This document shows positions 49,127-58,150 of a DNA stretch of 64,000 nucleotides, in pieces (the first letter of the stretch is position 1; each line of letters starts with the position of its first letter). The translations under genes and the position numbers were made by a program. The stretch is taken from NCBI GenBank assembly GCA_039799905.1, contig JBDLRP010000019.1, positions 60,830 through 124,829 on the forward strand, given 5' to 3'. This DNA comes from Pseudomonadota bacterium (lineage in GTDB: Bacteria > Bdellovibrionota_B > Oligoflexia > Silvanigrellales > Silvanigrellaceae). The notes under the pieces are model-generated. The model saw only the letters and a list, made by a program, of their open reading frames with translations. It did not search any database and was not told where the DNA came from.

Positions 49127-52120
49127 GTGGCACGCAGGCATCCAAAAAGTCGACGCGATTCGTCCCGCTCAAAGAACAAGAGTAAAAGTTTGAGCTCCGA
49201 TGCGGTGCAGCGTGCCGGTGATTCCGCGCAGGGACGGCGTTCTCAGCGCGGCAATTCTGAAAATCGCGGCCGATCGGGTGAGGCAGATACTCGCTCCTCG
49301 GCGCGCGACGGACGCGGCCGCAGAGGCGAGCGCGATTCCCGCGGCGGTGGTCCACGAGGTCGTTTCGACCGGCGCGGCGGTTGGGGCGGGGGAGGTTTTC
49401 AAACTCCCAGTCCAGAGGCCATCCGCGATTCTCTAGAAAAGTTGTTGGCAGGACGACTCGACGCCAAGGGCTGGGCTGCTCTTGCGGAGCGATTCCGCGA
49501 GCGTCTGAAAAATTCAGATTGGGAAGCAACCACCACCGTGCAGCCGGCAGGCTCGATGCCGACACCGGTCAGCAAAACCGCGCAGACTCCTGCAGTTCAG
49601 GCTAAATTCGCAAAGCCAGCTTCGGCTGCCCTGACATCTGCGCTGAGCAAACCTCCGCCGCCCGCTGTCATGCCGCAATTGGCGCCAAGCCGCTCATACA
49701 AAACCGAAACCAAAGCAGCGGCGCCCGATCGTGGTTTCGCACTGGCGCGCAGTAAAATGGCTCAGGCTGTTCCTGCTGCCGCTGCCCCTGCCGCGACAGC
49801 CGCTCGGCCAGCCGTGGTTGCGACGCAGCCCAAATCGCCTGCGCGTTCAACGCAGGACGGCGAACCCGCGCAGCGAGTCACGGAAAATGGAATGGTGCTG
49901 GATGCGTGGCAGGCTGAAGCACTCGACGCTTTGCTCGCCGGACACAACGTAGTGGTCGATGCACCGACGTCCGCCGGTAAAACACGGGTCATCGAAGCTC
50001 TGCTCGATGCGCGTCTGGGCGAAGGTCTGCGGCTGATTTACACAAGTCCGGTAAAAAGTTTGAGCAACGACAAATACCGTGAGTTTTGCGAAAAATACGG
50101 AAAAGACAGAGTCGGCATCAACACCGGCGACTTCAAGGAAAATCTTCGCGCTCCCATTATTCTCGCCACCCTCGAAACCTACCGCAACAGCTTGCTCGGC
50201 GTTGAGCCCGACATGCGCCGGCGTGTGGTAGTATACGACGAATATCATTATCTGCAGGACGAAAGCCGTGGCAGTGCATGGGAAGAGTCACTTATTCTCA
50301 CTCCCAAAGAGAGCCAGCTGATCCTCCTGTCGGCCTCTGTGCCCAACGCAGATGAATTTGCACAATGGCTTGAATCTCTTTTCGCGCGGCCTTCCAAACT
50401 CATCCGTGTGAGCAAACGGCCGGTTCCGCTCGCCGATATTATTTACACGAGTTACGGCTGGATCTACGGGCCCGATTTGGCTCTGCGTCCCGAAGAAATC
50501 GCGCTCATCCGCCGCACTGTCCGCGGCGACAAGGCCAACCGCCGCCGGCGCGACAAAGGCCGTTTTGACGAACTGATCGATCCGGTGCGTGTTGCGCTCG
50601 AGCAAAATCTCGGTCCGGTCGTTGTTTATGCCGGCCGGCGTGCCGACGTTGAAGCGATTGCTCATGTACTTGCGCGCGGCCTTCAGAACACCATAACCGA
50701 AGAGTCGCTCCAGTCGCTGCACGAACGAATCAAGTCGCTCAGCGGTTGGGAGTATGTGCCGCTCGACTTGCAGCGCATGATCCGCAAATTCGGCATCGCG
50801 TTTCACCACAGTGGTCTGATTCCCCCCGGCCGCGTTGCCATCGAGACGCTGCTCAAGGAAGGCTTTCTCAAAGTCTGCTCAGGCACCATGGGAATTTCAC
50901 TCGGGGTGAACTTCGCAGTGCGTGGCGCGCTTATTTCCGACCTCTCTCGCCCCAGTGAAGGCGGCGAAACCAAATACAGCGCGAGCGAAGTGATGCAGAT
51001 GCTCGGCCGTGCCGGACGCCGTGGCAAGGACACACACGGATTCTCGATGTGGATGAACTTGGGACGCTTTGCCGAGCAAAAGCCGACAGGACGTGAACCG
51101 TGCCGCTCATCGCTCAAATTTGACCCGACCACCGTGCTTGGAATTCTCGGGCAAAAGGAGAGCATCGCCTACTTGTCGGAGTTCTACCGCAAATCATTTT
51201 TTATGCGCGGGCGCGATCCTCAGCAGGTGGTGGTAGGCGATCACGAATTGCTCAGCGCAGTTCTCTACAAAGACTACAAGATGGAGATTCTCGCCTGCGA
51301 AGACATCCCGTCGACCTACAAGAAATTCCACAAAGGACATCAGCGCAGCAACGTTCCCTGTAACAGGTGTCCTGCCAAGATTCCCTGCCACAATGCAATG
51401 AGCAAGACGGGGCAGAGTACACTGCAAAAGATCATCAACCATCTGGTCACCATCGGTGCACTGGAGGGGCAGGTGCCCACACTCATGGGCCAGCTGGCGC
51501 GGCATTTTCCGCAGGCGGGCGGTATGATCATTGCGCGCAAGCTTGCCGAAGGCGAAATCACTGCGGGCAATCTGCGTCAGTATTTGCAGATGATGGCAAG
51601 CTTCTGTTCCGCGCACTTCAAAGAAATTCCCGACACCTTCGCCGACATCGGATTTCTTTCGGAACTCAACATTCCGCGCGAAATCGAGGTGCATTATCCG
51701 GAAGAACTCTTCCCTGAGCTCTACGACGAAGTTGGTTTCCGCCGCGAGGAGTCGGGGCAAAAGGTGTTCCGCGAATTCAACATGGCCGCGGCTTCAATCG
51801 TCTCTGCGTGGATCGACGATCAGGTGTCTTGGGAGAAGTTGGTTGAGGAACACACCACCAAACATTTTTCCGCTGGCGACTGCATGATGGTGCTCTTCCG
51901 CTTCGCAACATTCTTGCAAAGCCTTGCGCGGCTCGAAGATTATGAGCCCGAGCTGGCCCAACAGGCGCGAGCACTCATTCCGCTCGTTTTGCGCGACCCG
52001 CTGGATGCCCGCAACCGCATGCTTACCGAAGAAACGAATGAATTCGAAAGCGAGGACACGCTTCCTCCCGCGCCCAGCGACGATGAGTCGGTAGAACCGG
52101 AAGGCGCGCAGGAGGAATAA
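49127..52120 (+). CDS. Ski2/HelY-like DExH RNA helicase with disordered Arg/Gly-rich N-terminus
   Basis: APTSAGKT, YTSPVKSLSNDK, DEYH, LSAS, HHSG and QMLGRAGRRG motifs. Confidence 0.9.
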   Translation: MARRHPKSRRDSSRSKNKSKSLSSDAVQRAGDSAQGRRSQRGNSENRGRSGEADTRSSARDGRGRRGERDSRGGGPRGRFDRRGGWGGGGFQTPSPEAIRDSLEKLLAGRLDAKGWAALAERFRERLKNSDWEATTTVQPAGSMPTPVSKTAQTPAVQAKFAKPASAALTSALSKPPPPAVMPQLAPSRSYKTETKAAAPDRGFALARSKMAQAVPAAAAPAATAARPAVVATQPKSPARSTQDGEPAQRVTENGMVLDAWQAEALDALLAGHNVVVDAPTSAGKTRVIEALLDARLGEGLRLIYTSPVKSLSNDKYREFCEKYGKDRVGINTGDFKENLRAPIILATLETYRNSLLGVEPDMRRRVVVYDEYHYLQDESRGSAWEESLILTPKESQLILLSASVPNADEFAQWLESLFARPSKLIRVSKRPVPLADIIYTSYGWIYGPDLALRPEEIALIRRTVRGDKANRRRRDKGRFDELIDPVRVALEQNLGPVVVYAGRRADVEAIAHVLARGLQNTITEESLQSLHERIKSLSGWEYVPLDLQRMIRKFGIAFHHSGLIPPGRVAIETLLKEGFLKVCSGTMGISLGVNFAVRGALISDLSRPSEGGETKYSASEVMQMLGRAGRRGKDTHGFSMWMNLGRFAEQKPTGREPCRSSLKFDPTTVLGILGQKESIAYLSEFYRKSFFMRGRDPQQVVVGDHELLSAVLYKDYKMEILACEDIPSTYKKFHKGHQRSNVPCNRCPAKIPCHNAMSKTGQSTLQKIINHLVTIGALEGQVPTLMGQLARHFPQAGGMIIARKLAEGEITAGNLRQYLQMMASFCSAHFKEIPDTFADIGFLSELNIPREIEVHYPEELFPELYDEVGFRREESGQKVFREFNMAAASIVSAWIDDQVSWEKLVEEHTTKHFSAGDCMMVLFRFATFLQSLARLEDYEPELAQQARALIPLVLRDPLDARNRMLTEETNEFESEDTLPPAPSDDESVEPEGAQEE

Positions 52121-52126
52121 AATGAC

Positions 52127-53092
52127 TCAGGGCTTGGTGGCGGTGCTGCTCAGGTCGGGCGGTGGTAATGTTTTCGAGACCATCGCCGCCGCGCGTGCCT
52201 CTCCCACTCTCAGCAGTGCGTCAATCGCGACGATTTTAGCCGTCTGACGCATTGCCTCGTTGCAGTTTGTGCAGTTCTTTTCCATCTCGTTCGCATACAG
52301 CCAGCCGATCGCATAAGAACCCCATTCGCGGCCGTCGCACGCTGGCAGGCCTTCATAGTCGCCGCTCTCACAAATCGTATGAAGATGGCCGCAAGAGCGA
52401 TTTTCGGGTAGCTGACCTGCCGATAAATTCAATGCATCTCGTTCGCTGAGTCCGCCGGTGCAGTCGCTGTGGCGTGCTTCATGAATGAGAACTGTGGTGC
52501 GCGCCACTGGATTCATTGGCCGTCCGTTGCCGTCATAATTGGTGTAACCTTCGGCAAGGCGAACAATTCCGATGCGCGGATCGTTTACAGGAATTGACGT
52601 GTTGTTGATGAAAAAATCAATAGCGCGCTTCTGTGCGACTGTCTCAAGCCACACAGCCATTCCGATGTTTGTCGCAATGGTCACCGCCTTGCCATTGCCT
52701 CCGGATGCCGAGGTGTAGCTGAACCGTGATTCAACTGAAGTGTTCATTCCGATGATGTAACCGATGCGGTCGTCCACGAATTTTAACGGCTCGATCACGC
52801 CGTTGTTGGAAAAAGTCTGCGAAAAATATCCGTTGGGTTCTGGATTGAAGGTCAGCGATTTCAGGAAACGGATATCTTCCTTGATGAGGGTCCGCTCCTT
52901 TTCAGAGACGGCCGCATCCAAACTGATGCCAAGCGAGGGCTCAACAGATTCGGAAGCTCCCGTGATGGGAGGTGGGAGTTTTGGTTGTTCGAGTTGCTGT
53001 GCGAGTCTTTTGCAGCCGACTGCTGTAGCAAGTGCCGCAGATGTCAGAGCCAGCGAAAGAAAGAACCTGTTTTTTTTGATTGAGTTCTTCAT
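52127..53092 (-). CDS. lipoprotein with HExxH zincin-like motif
   Basis: AVGC lipobox; LIHEARHSD; Cys-rich C-terminal half. Confidence 0.7.
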   Translation of the reverse strand: MKNSIKKNRFFLSLALTSAALATAVGCKRLAQQLEQPKLPPPITGASESVEPSLGISLDAAVSEKERTLIKEDIRFLKSLTFNPEPNGYFSQTFSNNGVIEPLKFVDDRIGYIIGMNTSVESRFSYTSASGGNGKAVTIATNIGMAVWLETVAQKRAIDFFINNTSIPVNDPRIGIVRLAEGYTNYDGNGRPMNPVARTTVLIHEARHSDCTGGLSERDALNLSAGQLPENRSCGHLHTICESGDYEGLPACDGREWGSYAIGWLYANEMEKNCTNCNEAMRQTAKIVAIDALLRVGEARAAAMVSKTLPPPDLSSTATKP

Positions 53093-53093
53093 G

Positions 53094-53690
53094 TCATTTC
53101 TCCCCGCTGTTCTTCTCAACGCCCGAAACAAAAATCAGGTCGTCGGGTAGTTCTGCCAATAGTGATTGGTAGGACGGAGATAGTTCGTCTGGAAAACGTT
53201 CAGCCAGGCGTTCAAGATTGTACAGACACAATGCTCGTGCGGCCTGCGCAGAACCGCGTGTCTGTGAATCGCGTGCACATGCAATCAGCTGTCGCGAGAC
53301 GGTATAACGCGTTTCTTTGTCGGCAAAGGCGCCCTGCAGGCTCACCGAAAGTGTTTCTGCAAAAGCGAGCAGTGCCTGTGGTGTTGAATGTGGATCACGT
53401 GCCACATTTTCTCGGATCTGAATTGTTTGTGGCGGATTCTCCAAAGAGGGGCTAGGAGTTTTCACCGGCCTGACTGCAGCCTCGCGAGTGTTCTGCGGGG
53501 TGGTGTCTACCGGCATTGCCGCCGGCGGTTTTTCCCATAATGGCTTTGGCGGAGTCAGTGAATCCGTTTTCCGACTGAGCGCTTTCGCCTGCCCGCCTTC
53601 TTGGTTTGAGTCTTGAAAAACGAGCGTGGCAGTGATGCCGAGCAGAGCCGACCCCACAGCCACGAATAGGAGCTTGCGATTTTGACTCAT
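53094..53690 (-). CDS. membrane-anchored hypothetical protein
   Basis: N-terminal TM, Pro-rich linker and helical domain with two Cys. Confidence 0.7.
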   Translation of the reverse strand: MSQNRKLLFVAVGSALLGITATLVFQDSNQEGGQAKALSRKTDSLTPPKPLWEKPPAAMPVDTTPQNTREAAVRPVKTPSPSLENPPQTIQIRENVARDPHSTPQALLAFAETLSVSLQGAFADKETRYTVSRQLIACARDSQTRGSAQAARALCLYNLERLAERFPDELSPSYQSLLAELPDDLIFVSGVEKNSGEK

Positions 53691-53738
53691 CCGAACGACT
53701 CCCGCCTTTTTAAAGGGTTGCCGCAAAGCGACACTCGG

Positions 53739-53765
53739 TTATCGGTTTTGTGTCGGGCGAGTTGA
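53739..53765 (-). promoter_or_regulatory. sigma-28-like promoter TCAA-N15-ACCGATAA
   Basis: Near-consensus match 49 nt upstream of ATG 53690. Confidence 0.7.
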
Positions 53766-53777
53766 GTAAAATTACTC

Positions 53778-54485
53778 TCAGGCAGTGCCGACCGGAGTCC
53801 ATTGTACTTGGATAAAGCCTTGCTCACCCAAGATTTTTTTGAAAGATTTTAGGTTCTTTGCAGTTGGATTAACGACCACCCGATTGCGGCTGGCGAGCAG
53901 CAGGGGAAGGTCCGCCCGATGGTCTGAATAGGCGACCGTCCAGACGGCATCCTTGGGAATAATCAACCTCAATCTGCGGATCTTTTCGGCCCCGAGGCAG
54001 TTTTCTCCCCGCAGTGTCAGCCCGCCGCAAAATCGCATCAGCTTGCTGCCCACAATCAGCTTGTCGCCCTTGTCCTTGTGGCAAAGCAGCGCGCGCAACC
54101 AAAATTCACCCGAGGCGCTCACGTAACAAACGCGCAGTCCCTGCGAGCGCAGTTTTGCCAATTCAGCGTCCATTTCTTGAAACCAGAGCGGGTGAACTTT
54201 TTCGACAATCACGGCGCGCAGCGTTTTGAGCGCCTGCTTGCTGCCCATTCCCACGGTGGCGCTCCACAACAGCGCACTTTTGAATTGGGTTTTTCCGACC
54301 AAAGAAAAAACACGAAGCAAGGCAAGCACACAGCACAAGGCCACTGCAGGAAGCAGGCGGATCGGTGCACGCTTGAGAATCAACTCCCGCATGAGGATAC
54401 GAAATGAATCTCTCTCGATGACCGTCCCGTCCACATCAAAGAAAGCAAACTGCTGTGTTTCTGTGCTTTCTGACAAACCGCCCAC
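53778..54485 (-). CDS. HAD-IB family hydrolase
   Basis: FFDVDGT, VSAS, NCLGAEK and AYSDHRADLPLL motifs. Confidence 0.9.
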   Translation of the reverse strand: MGGLSESTETQQFAFFDVDGTVIERDSFRILMRELILKRAPIRLLPAVALCCVLALLRVFSLVGKTQFKSALLWSATVGMGSKQALKTLRAVIVEKVHPLWFQEMDAELAKLRSQGLRVCYVSASGEFWLRALLCHKDKGDKLIVGSKLMRFCGGLTLRGENCLGAEKIRRLRLIIPKDAVWTVAYSDHRADLPLLLASRNRVVVNPTAKNLKSFKKILGEQGFIQVQWTPVGTA

Positions 54486-54580
54486 CTTTCCTCTGTCTGC
54501 CCTTGTCGCTCTCGGATTTGCTTTGTTAGCTTAGGCCGAGCAGAAAATCGAGAAGCAGGTCGAATCAGACAGGAAGAGAT

Positions 54581-56668
54581 ATGACGCTCGTTCCCGACAG
54601 GTATGGAGTCTTTGCGGTTGCCAACGCAACTGCGCACGAGCTGACGTACGCTGTGCCTGCCGGGCTTGCTGAGACGCTCGAAGCGGGCCGGTTGTGTGAG
54701 CTGCCTGTCCAGGGGCGCCGTCTTGTGGGAGTGTTTCTTCGCTGGTGCGAAAAGCCTGAGTTCGCCTGCCGGCCCGTAACGGCGGTCATTGCTGACTGCC
54801 CGCCTCTGCGCGAGAAGGTTCTTGAGCTACTTTTTTGGCTATCAAATTATTATTGCGCTCCGCTCGGACGCGCTATTCATCTTGCCGGCCCTGGATTTTT
54901 GTGGACTCCGGATGCGCACAGCAAACGTCACAAGCGCACTGACAGACGCGAAAAACGCGCCGCCGCAGCGAATTCGTCTTCACAAGGATCCGACGCGCAG
55001 CAGTTGCGCACCCTGACTGCCGACCAGCAGAATGTTTTCGATGTTGTCAGCAAAAGTGAGTGGGGGCACACCACGCTTTTGCAGGGAGTGACAGGCTCCG
55101 GCAAAACCGAGGTTTACCTTCACCTCGTCGAACAAACACTGAAGTTGCAAAAAAATGCGCTCATTCTTGTTCCCGAAATCGCCCTCACGCCGCAGATGTG
55201 CGACCGCTTCCGCGTTCACTTTCCCGACGATCTCGCAGTGCTTCATTCGGGACTCACCCCTGTTGAACACGAGCGCGAATGGTTTCGTGTTGCGCAAGAA
55301 AAGGCACGTGTCGTTTTGGGCGTGCGTTCAGCGGTATTCGCTCCGGTCGCAAACCTCGGTTTGATTATTGTCGATGAGGAACACGAGCAGAGCTACAAAT
55401 GCGACGAGTTTCCCTGTTATCACGCGCGCGATGTGGCAGTCAAAAGAGCACAGTTGGAGTCTGCGCGCTGTGTGCTCGGCTCGGCCACACCGTCATTGGA
55501 GTCGTATCTCAACGCGCAGCGCGGCAGATATTCTCACCTTCATTTGCGCAGCAAACACTCGCAGCAGCAAAACAAAGTCGAATTTTTTCAATTCCGTCCG
55601 AAATTGCATTCCACCGGCGGTCTTGGCCGCGGAGTTGTGCGCTCGTCGCAGTTCTCATTCACGGGCCACGTCATGGCACCGGGGGTTGTCGAACTCCTGC
55701 GTGAAACTCACGGCAAAGGCGAGCAGAGCATGGTGATCCTCAACCGCCGCGGTTTCGCACAATTTGCGCTGTGCGGCGATTGCGGTGAGGCGCTGCGTTG
55801 TCCGCATTGTTCCGTGAGCACAACTCTGCACTCGCGCGGTGCGCGCGAGCTTTGCCATTATTGCGGGTTTTCCCGCGCAACGCTGACAACCTGTCCGTCG
55901 TGTGGCGGCGGGCGACTTGTGCACATGGGGCTCGGCACACAAAACATGGAGCAGGAGCTGAGTGAACGCATTCCGCAAATGACCGTCGACCGTCTCGATC
56001 GCGATGTCCTGACGAGCCACACTCGGCTGTCATCGATTCTCGGCAAGTTTCGCAGCGGCGAAACGCAGTGTTTGGTGGGCACGCAGATGCTTTCCAAAGG
56101 GCACGACTTTCCAAAGGTCACGTTGGTTGTCATTCTCAACGTCGAAGACGGACTTTTCGTACCAGATTATCGCGCGGCGGAGCGAACATTTCAATTGTTG
56201 TGTCAGGCTGCAGGGCGCTCGGGCCGCGGTAGGCTTGCCGGCACGATAGCTGTGCAATCCTTGGGAGCCAATCATCCGGTCATCCATCGCGCTCTTGAGG
56301 GTGACGTCGATCGCTTTCTCACCGATGAATTGCAAATGCGGCAACTCGGCTGGCATCCGCCTGTCTGCAGGCAAATTCTTATCGAAATGCAGCACTCCAA
56401 CGAGCTCTTTTTGCAGCAACAGGCCACGGCAGTTCAAAAGGAATTGGCCCGTCTGTGGCAGGCACAGGCACTGACTCCTTCCGATGTGCGTCTGACGGGT
56501 CCGATGCCTGCCGTTTTGTCGAAGCTCAAAGGGTCGCATCGCATGCATTTGGTGATTGCCGCGCGCAAGGAAATTCATCCCGCACGATTGGTCCCCATGG
56601 AGCTGACTTCGCGCAAGGAATATCAGAATCTTATCAAGGTCGATGTCGATCCTTTCTCTTTCCTTTAG
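54581..56668 (+). CDS. priA: primosomal protein N' (replication restart helicase)
   Basis: GVTGSGKTEVY, VPEIALTPQ, DEEHE, four CxxC pairs, QAAGRSGR and C-terminal DVDP. Confidence 0.97.
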   Translation: MTLVPDRYGVFAVANATAHELTYAVPAGLAETLEAGRLCELPVQGRRLVGVFLRWCEKPEFACRPVTAVIADCPPLREKVLELLFWLSNYYCAPLGRAIHLAGPGFLWTPDAHSKRHKRTDRREKRAAAANSSSQGSDAQQLRTLTADQQNVFDVVSKSEWGHTTLLQGVTGSGKTEVYLHLVEQTLKLQKNALILVPEIALTPQMCDRFRVHFPDDLAVLHSGLTPVEHEREWFRVAQEKARVVLGVRSAVFAPVANLGLIIVDEEHEQSYKCDEFPCYHARDVAVKRAQLESARCVLGSATPSLESYLNAQRGRYSHLHLRSKHSQQQNKVEFFQFRPKLHSTGGLGRGVVRSSQFSFTGHVMAPGVVELLRETHGKGEQSMVILNRRGFAQFALCGDCGEALRCPHCSVSTTLHSRGARELCHYCGFSRATLTTCPSCGGGRLVHMGLGTQNMEQELSERIPQMTVDRLDRDVLTSHTRLSSILGKFRSGETQCLVGTQMLSKGHDFPKVTLVVILNVEDGLFVPDYRAAERTFQLLCQAAGRSGRGRLAGTIAVQSLGANHPVIHRALEGDVDRFLTDELQMRQLGWHPPVCRQILIEMQHSNELFLQQQATAVQKELARLWQAQALTPSDVRLTGPMPAVLSKLKGSHRMHLVIAARKEIHPARLVPMELTSRKEYQNLIKVDVDPFSFL

Positions 56669-56678
56669 CGCGTTTTTC

Positions 56679-56705
56679 TCAATTTTTTTGCTTATCCGCC
56701 GAACT
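56679..56705 (+). promoter_or_regulatory. sigma-28-like promoter TCAA-N15-GCCGAACT
   Basis: Exact spacer, directly upstream of the FliG-like gene. Confidence 0.55.
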
Positions 56706-56731
56706 CCCCAATGTGAGAAAGCGGGGTAGGC

Positions 56732-57688
56732 ATGGGGTTTACACAGGCAGAAAAAGCGTCCGTGGTGCTTTCGTTGCTGGGTCATGAACTCGCCGGACAG
56801 ATTTTCGCAGGACTAGCTCGCTCGGAGCAGGTCAAGGTCATCCGTTCGCTGGTTGCCGATCGCCGCCTGACGGACCAAGACGTGGCAGACATCTGCAAGG
56901 AATTTATCTCACAATTGACCCACCGGAACGGCACCCTTCAGCCTGCGCAACTGCTCAAGTCGGGCCTGTTTGCGGGAGTGGTGCTGCCGCGCGAATCGCG
57001 GGTCGAGGAAATCTGCGACGATATTCCCGACTGGATTCTGATCGATCATTTGCAGTCTCAGCTTTATTCGGTTGCTTCTGCAGTTTTGGGCTCGCTGGAA
57101 GCAACCCGTGCCGCAAAACTTTTCAAAGCCTTTCCGGCCGATCGCCAGGTCAGGCTACTTCTCAGTTTGTCAAAAGAAAAAGTGCTCGACGCAGTTGTTC
57201 TCGACGAACTTGAAGCCGACCTGGAAGCCTTGCGGGTGAAAACCTCAACCGGTCGCTATGGGCATCGGGTGGGGGGCGGTGCGCGGGTTCTGGCGCTTCT
57301 TCAAGAGCTGGATGCCGACACGCGTGGCCACATTCTCAGCGAGGTGGGCGCACGTGAGCCTGCGCTGGCTCAGTACCTTGAAGGCGGACTGCTCTCTGTC
57401 GAACGACTCTCGCAGCTGATTCCATCACATCTGGCTAGCGTACTCGCGCAGCTCAAGGAATCCGACATCGGTTCTTTTTTGCGCGGCGAAAAACCACCGG
57501 TCCAGCAAGCTTTTCTTGCTTGTCTATCGAAAAGAAGACGCGAGGATATCGAATGTCTTCTCGCGCCCGAGAAAAAGATCACACAAAAACAAAAAGCGGA
57601 GGCTTGCGAGCGCCTCCGCCAGTGTGCCCTGCAACTCAGGGGCGAGGGAAAGATCATCTTCCCGTGGGAAGAGAGTCTGGTGAGCTAA
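56732..57688 (+). CDS. divergent stand-alone FliG paralogue
   Basis: EKASVVLSLLGHELAGQIF (N domain); GGGARVLALLQELD..REPALA; CLSKRRRE..LRGEGKI (C domain). Confidence 0.8.
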   Translation: MGFTQAEKASVVLSLLGHELAGQIFAGLARSEQVKVIRSLVADRRLTDQDVADICKEFISQLTHRNGTLQPAQLLKSGLFAGVVLPRESRVEEICDDIPDWILIDHLQSQLYSVASAVLGSLEATRAAKLFKAFPADRQVRLLLSLSKEKVLDAVVLDELEADLEALRVKTSTGRYGHRVGGGARVLALLQELDADTRGHILSEVGAREPALAQYLEGGLLSVERLSQLIPSHLASVLAQLKESDIGSFLRGEKPPVQQAFLACLSKRRREDIECLLAPEKKITQKQKAEACERLRQCALQLRGEGKIIFPWEESLVS

Positions 57689-57712
57689 TCCCGGCCCGGC
57701 CGGGTTCGGCCA

Positions 57713-58018
57713 TCAGTTGTTCGGGTTTCGTTCGATTTTCCGAGTTTCCGCACGAGCTTCTTCTGCGGTCCGGACACTCGGTGCGCTCTGGCAAGCCTGA
57801 GCAGCTGCCTCGTCGCCCACCCGTTCTTTCTCCCTGCCAGCCTGAATGCGGGCGTTGCCTTCAACACAATACTGTTTCGTTTCAGTAGCTTGTGGATGTT
57901 GCTCTTGGCTCTTCCTAAAACCCAGACCCACGCGGTCTGCGTTGCTTGCAGCGAGACTCACCGTCACGGGTGCCAGAGCCAATAACCCCAAAGCTGCTAT
58001 CTTCAGACTCTTTTTCAT
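57713..58018 (-). CDS. small secreted hypothetical protein
   Basis: Signal peptide MKKSLKIAALGLLALAPV..SLA; GGAGG RBS; two Cys. Confidence 0.7.
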   Translation of the reverse strand: MKKSLKIAALGLLALAPVTVSLAASNADRVGLGFRKSQEQHPQATETKQYCVEGNARIQAGREKERVGDEAAAQACQSAPSVRTAEEARAETRKIERNPNN

Positions 58019-58058
58019 CCGACCCTCCCTGTCTAGGTCACCTCACGTCCTGTTAAAC

Positions 58059-58085
58059 GCTTCGGAATTTATCTGGCTCACTTTA
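58059..58085 (-). promoter_or_regulatory. sigma-28-like promoter TAAA-N15-TCCGAAGC
   Basis: TAAAG -35 element with exact spacer. Confidence 0.5.
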
Positions 58086-58150
58086 GCGGGCGTCAGTTGT
58101 CCAATGCCTGACACTCGGCTATGGGAGGTCGTTCGAGCTCGGAGGGTGTG

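Noticed and set aside
47400..52120. EVE plus helicase as a modification-dependent defence system
   Set aside because: No nuclease domain is present, the stand-alone EVE is the common housekeeping type, and a thiolase gene separates the two.
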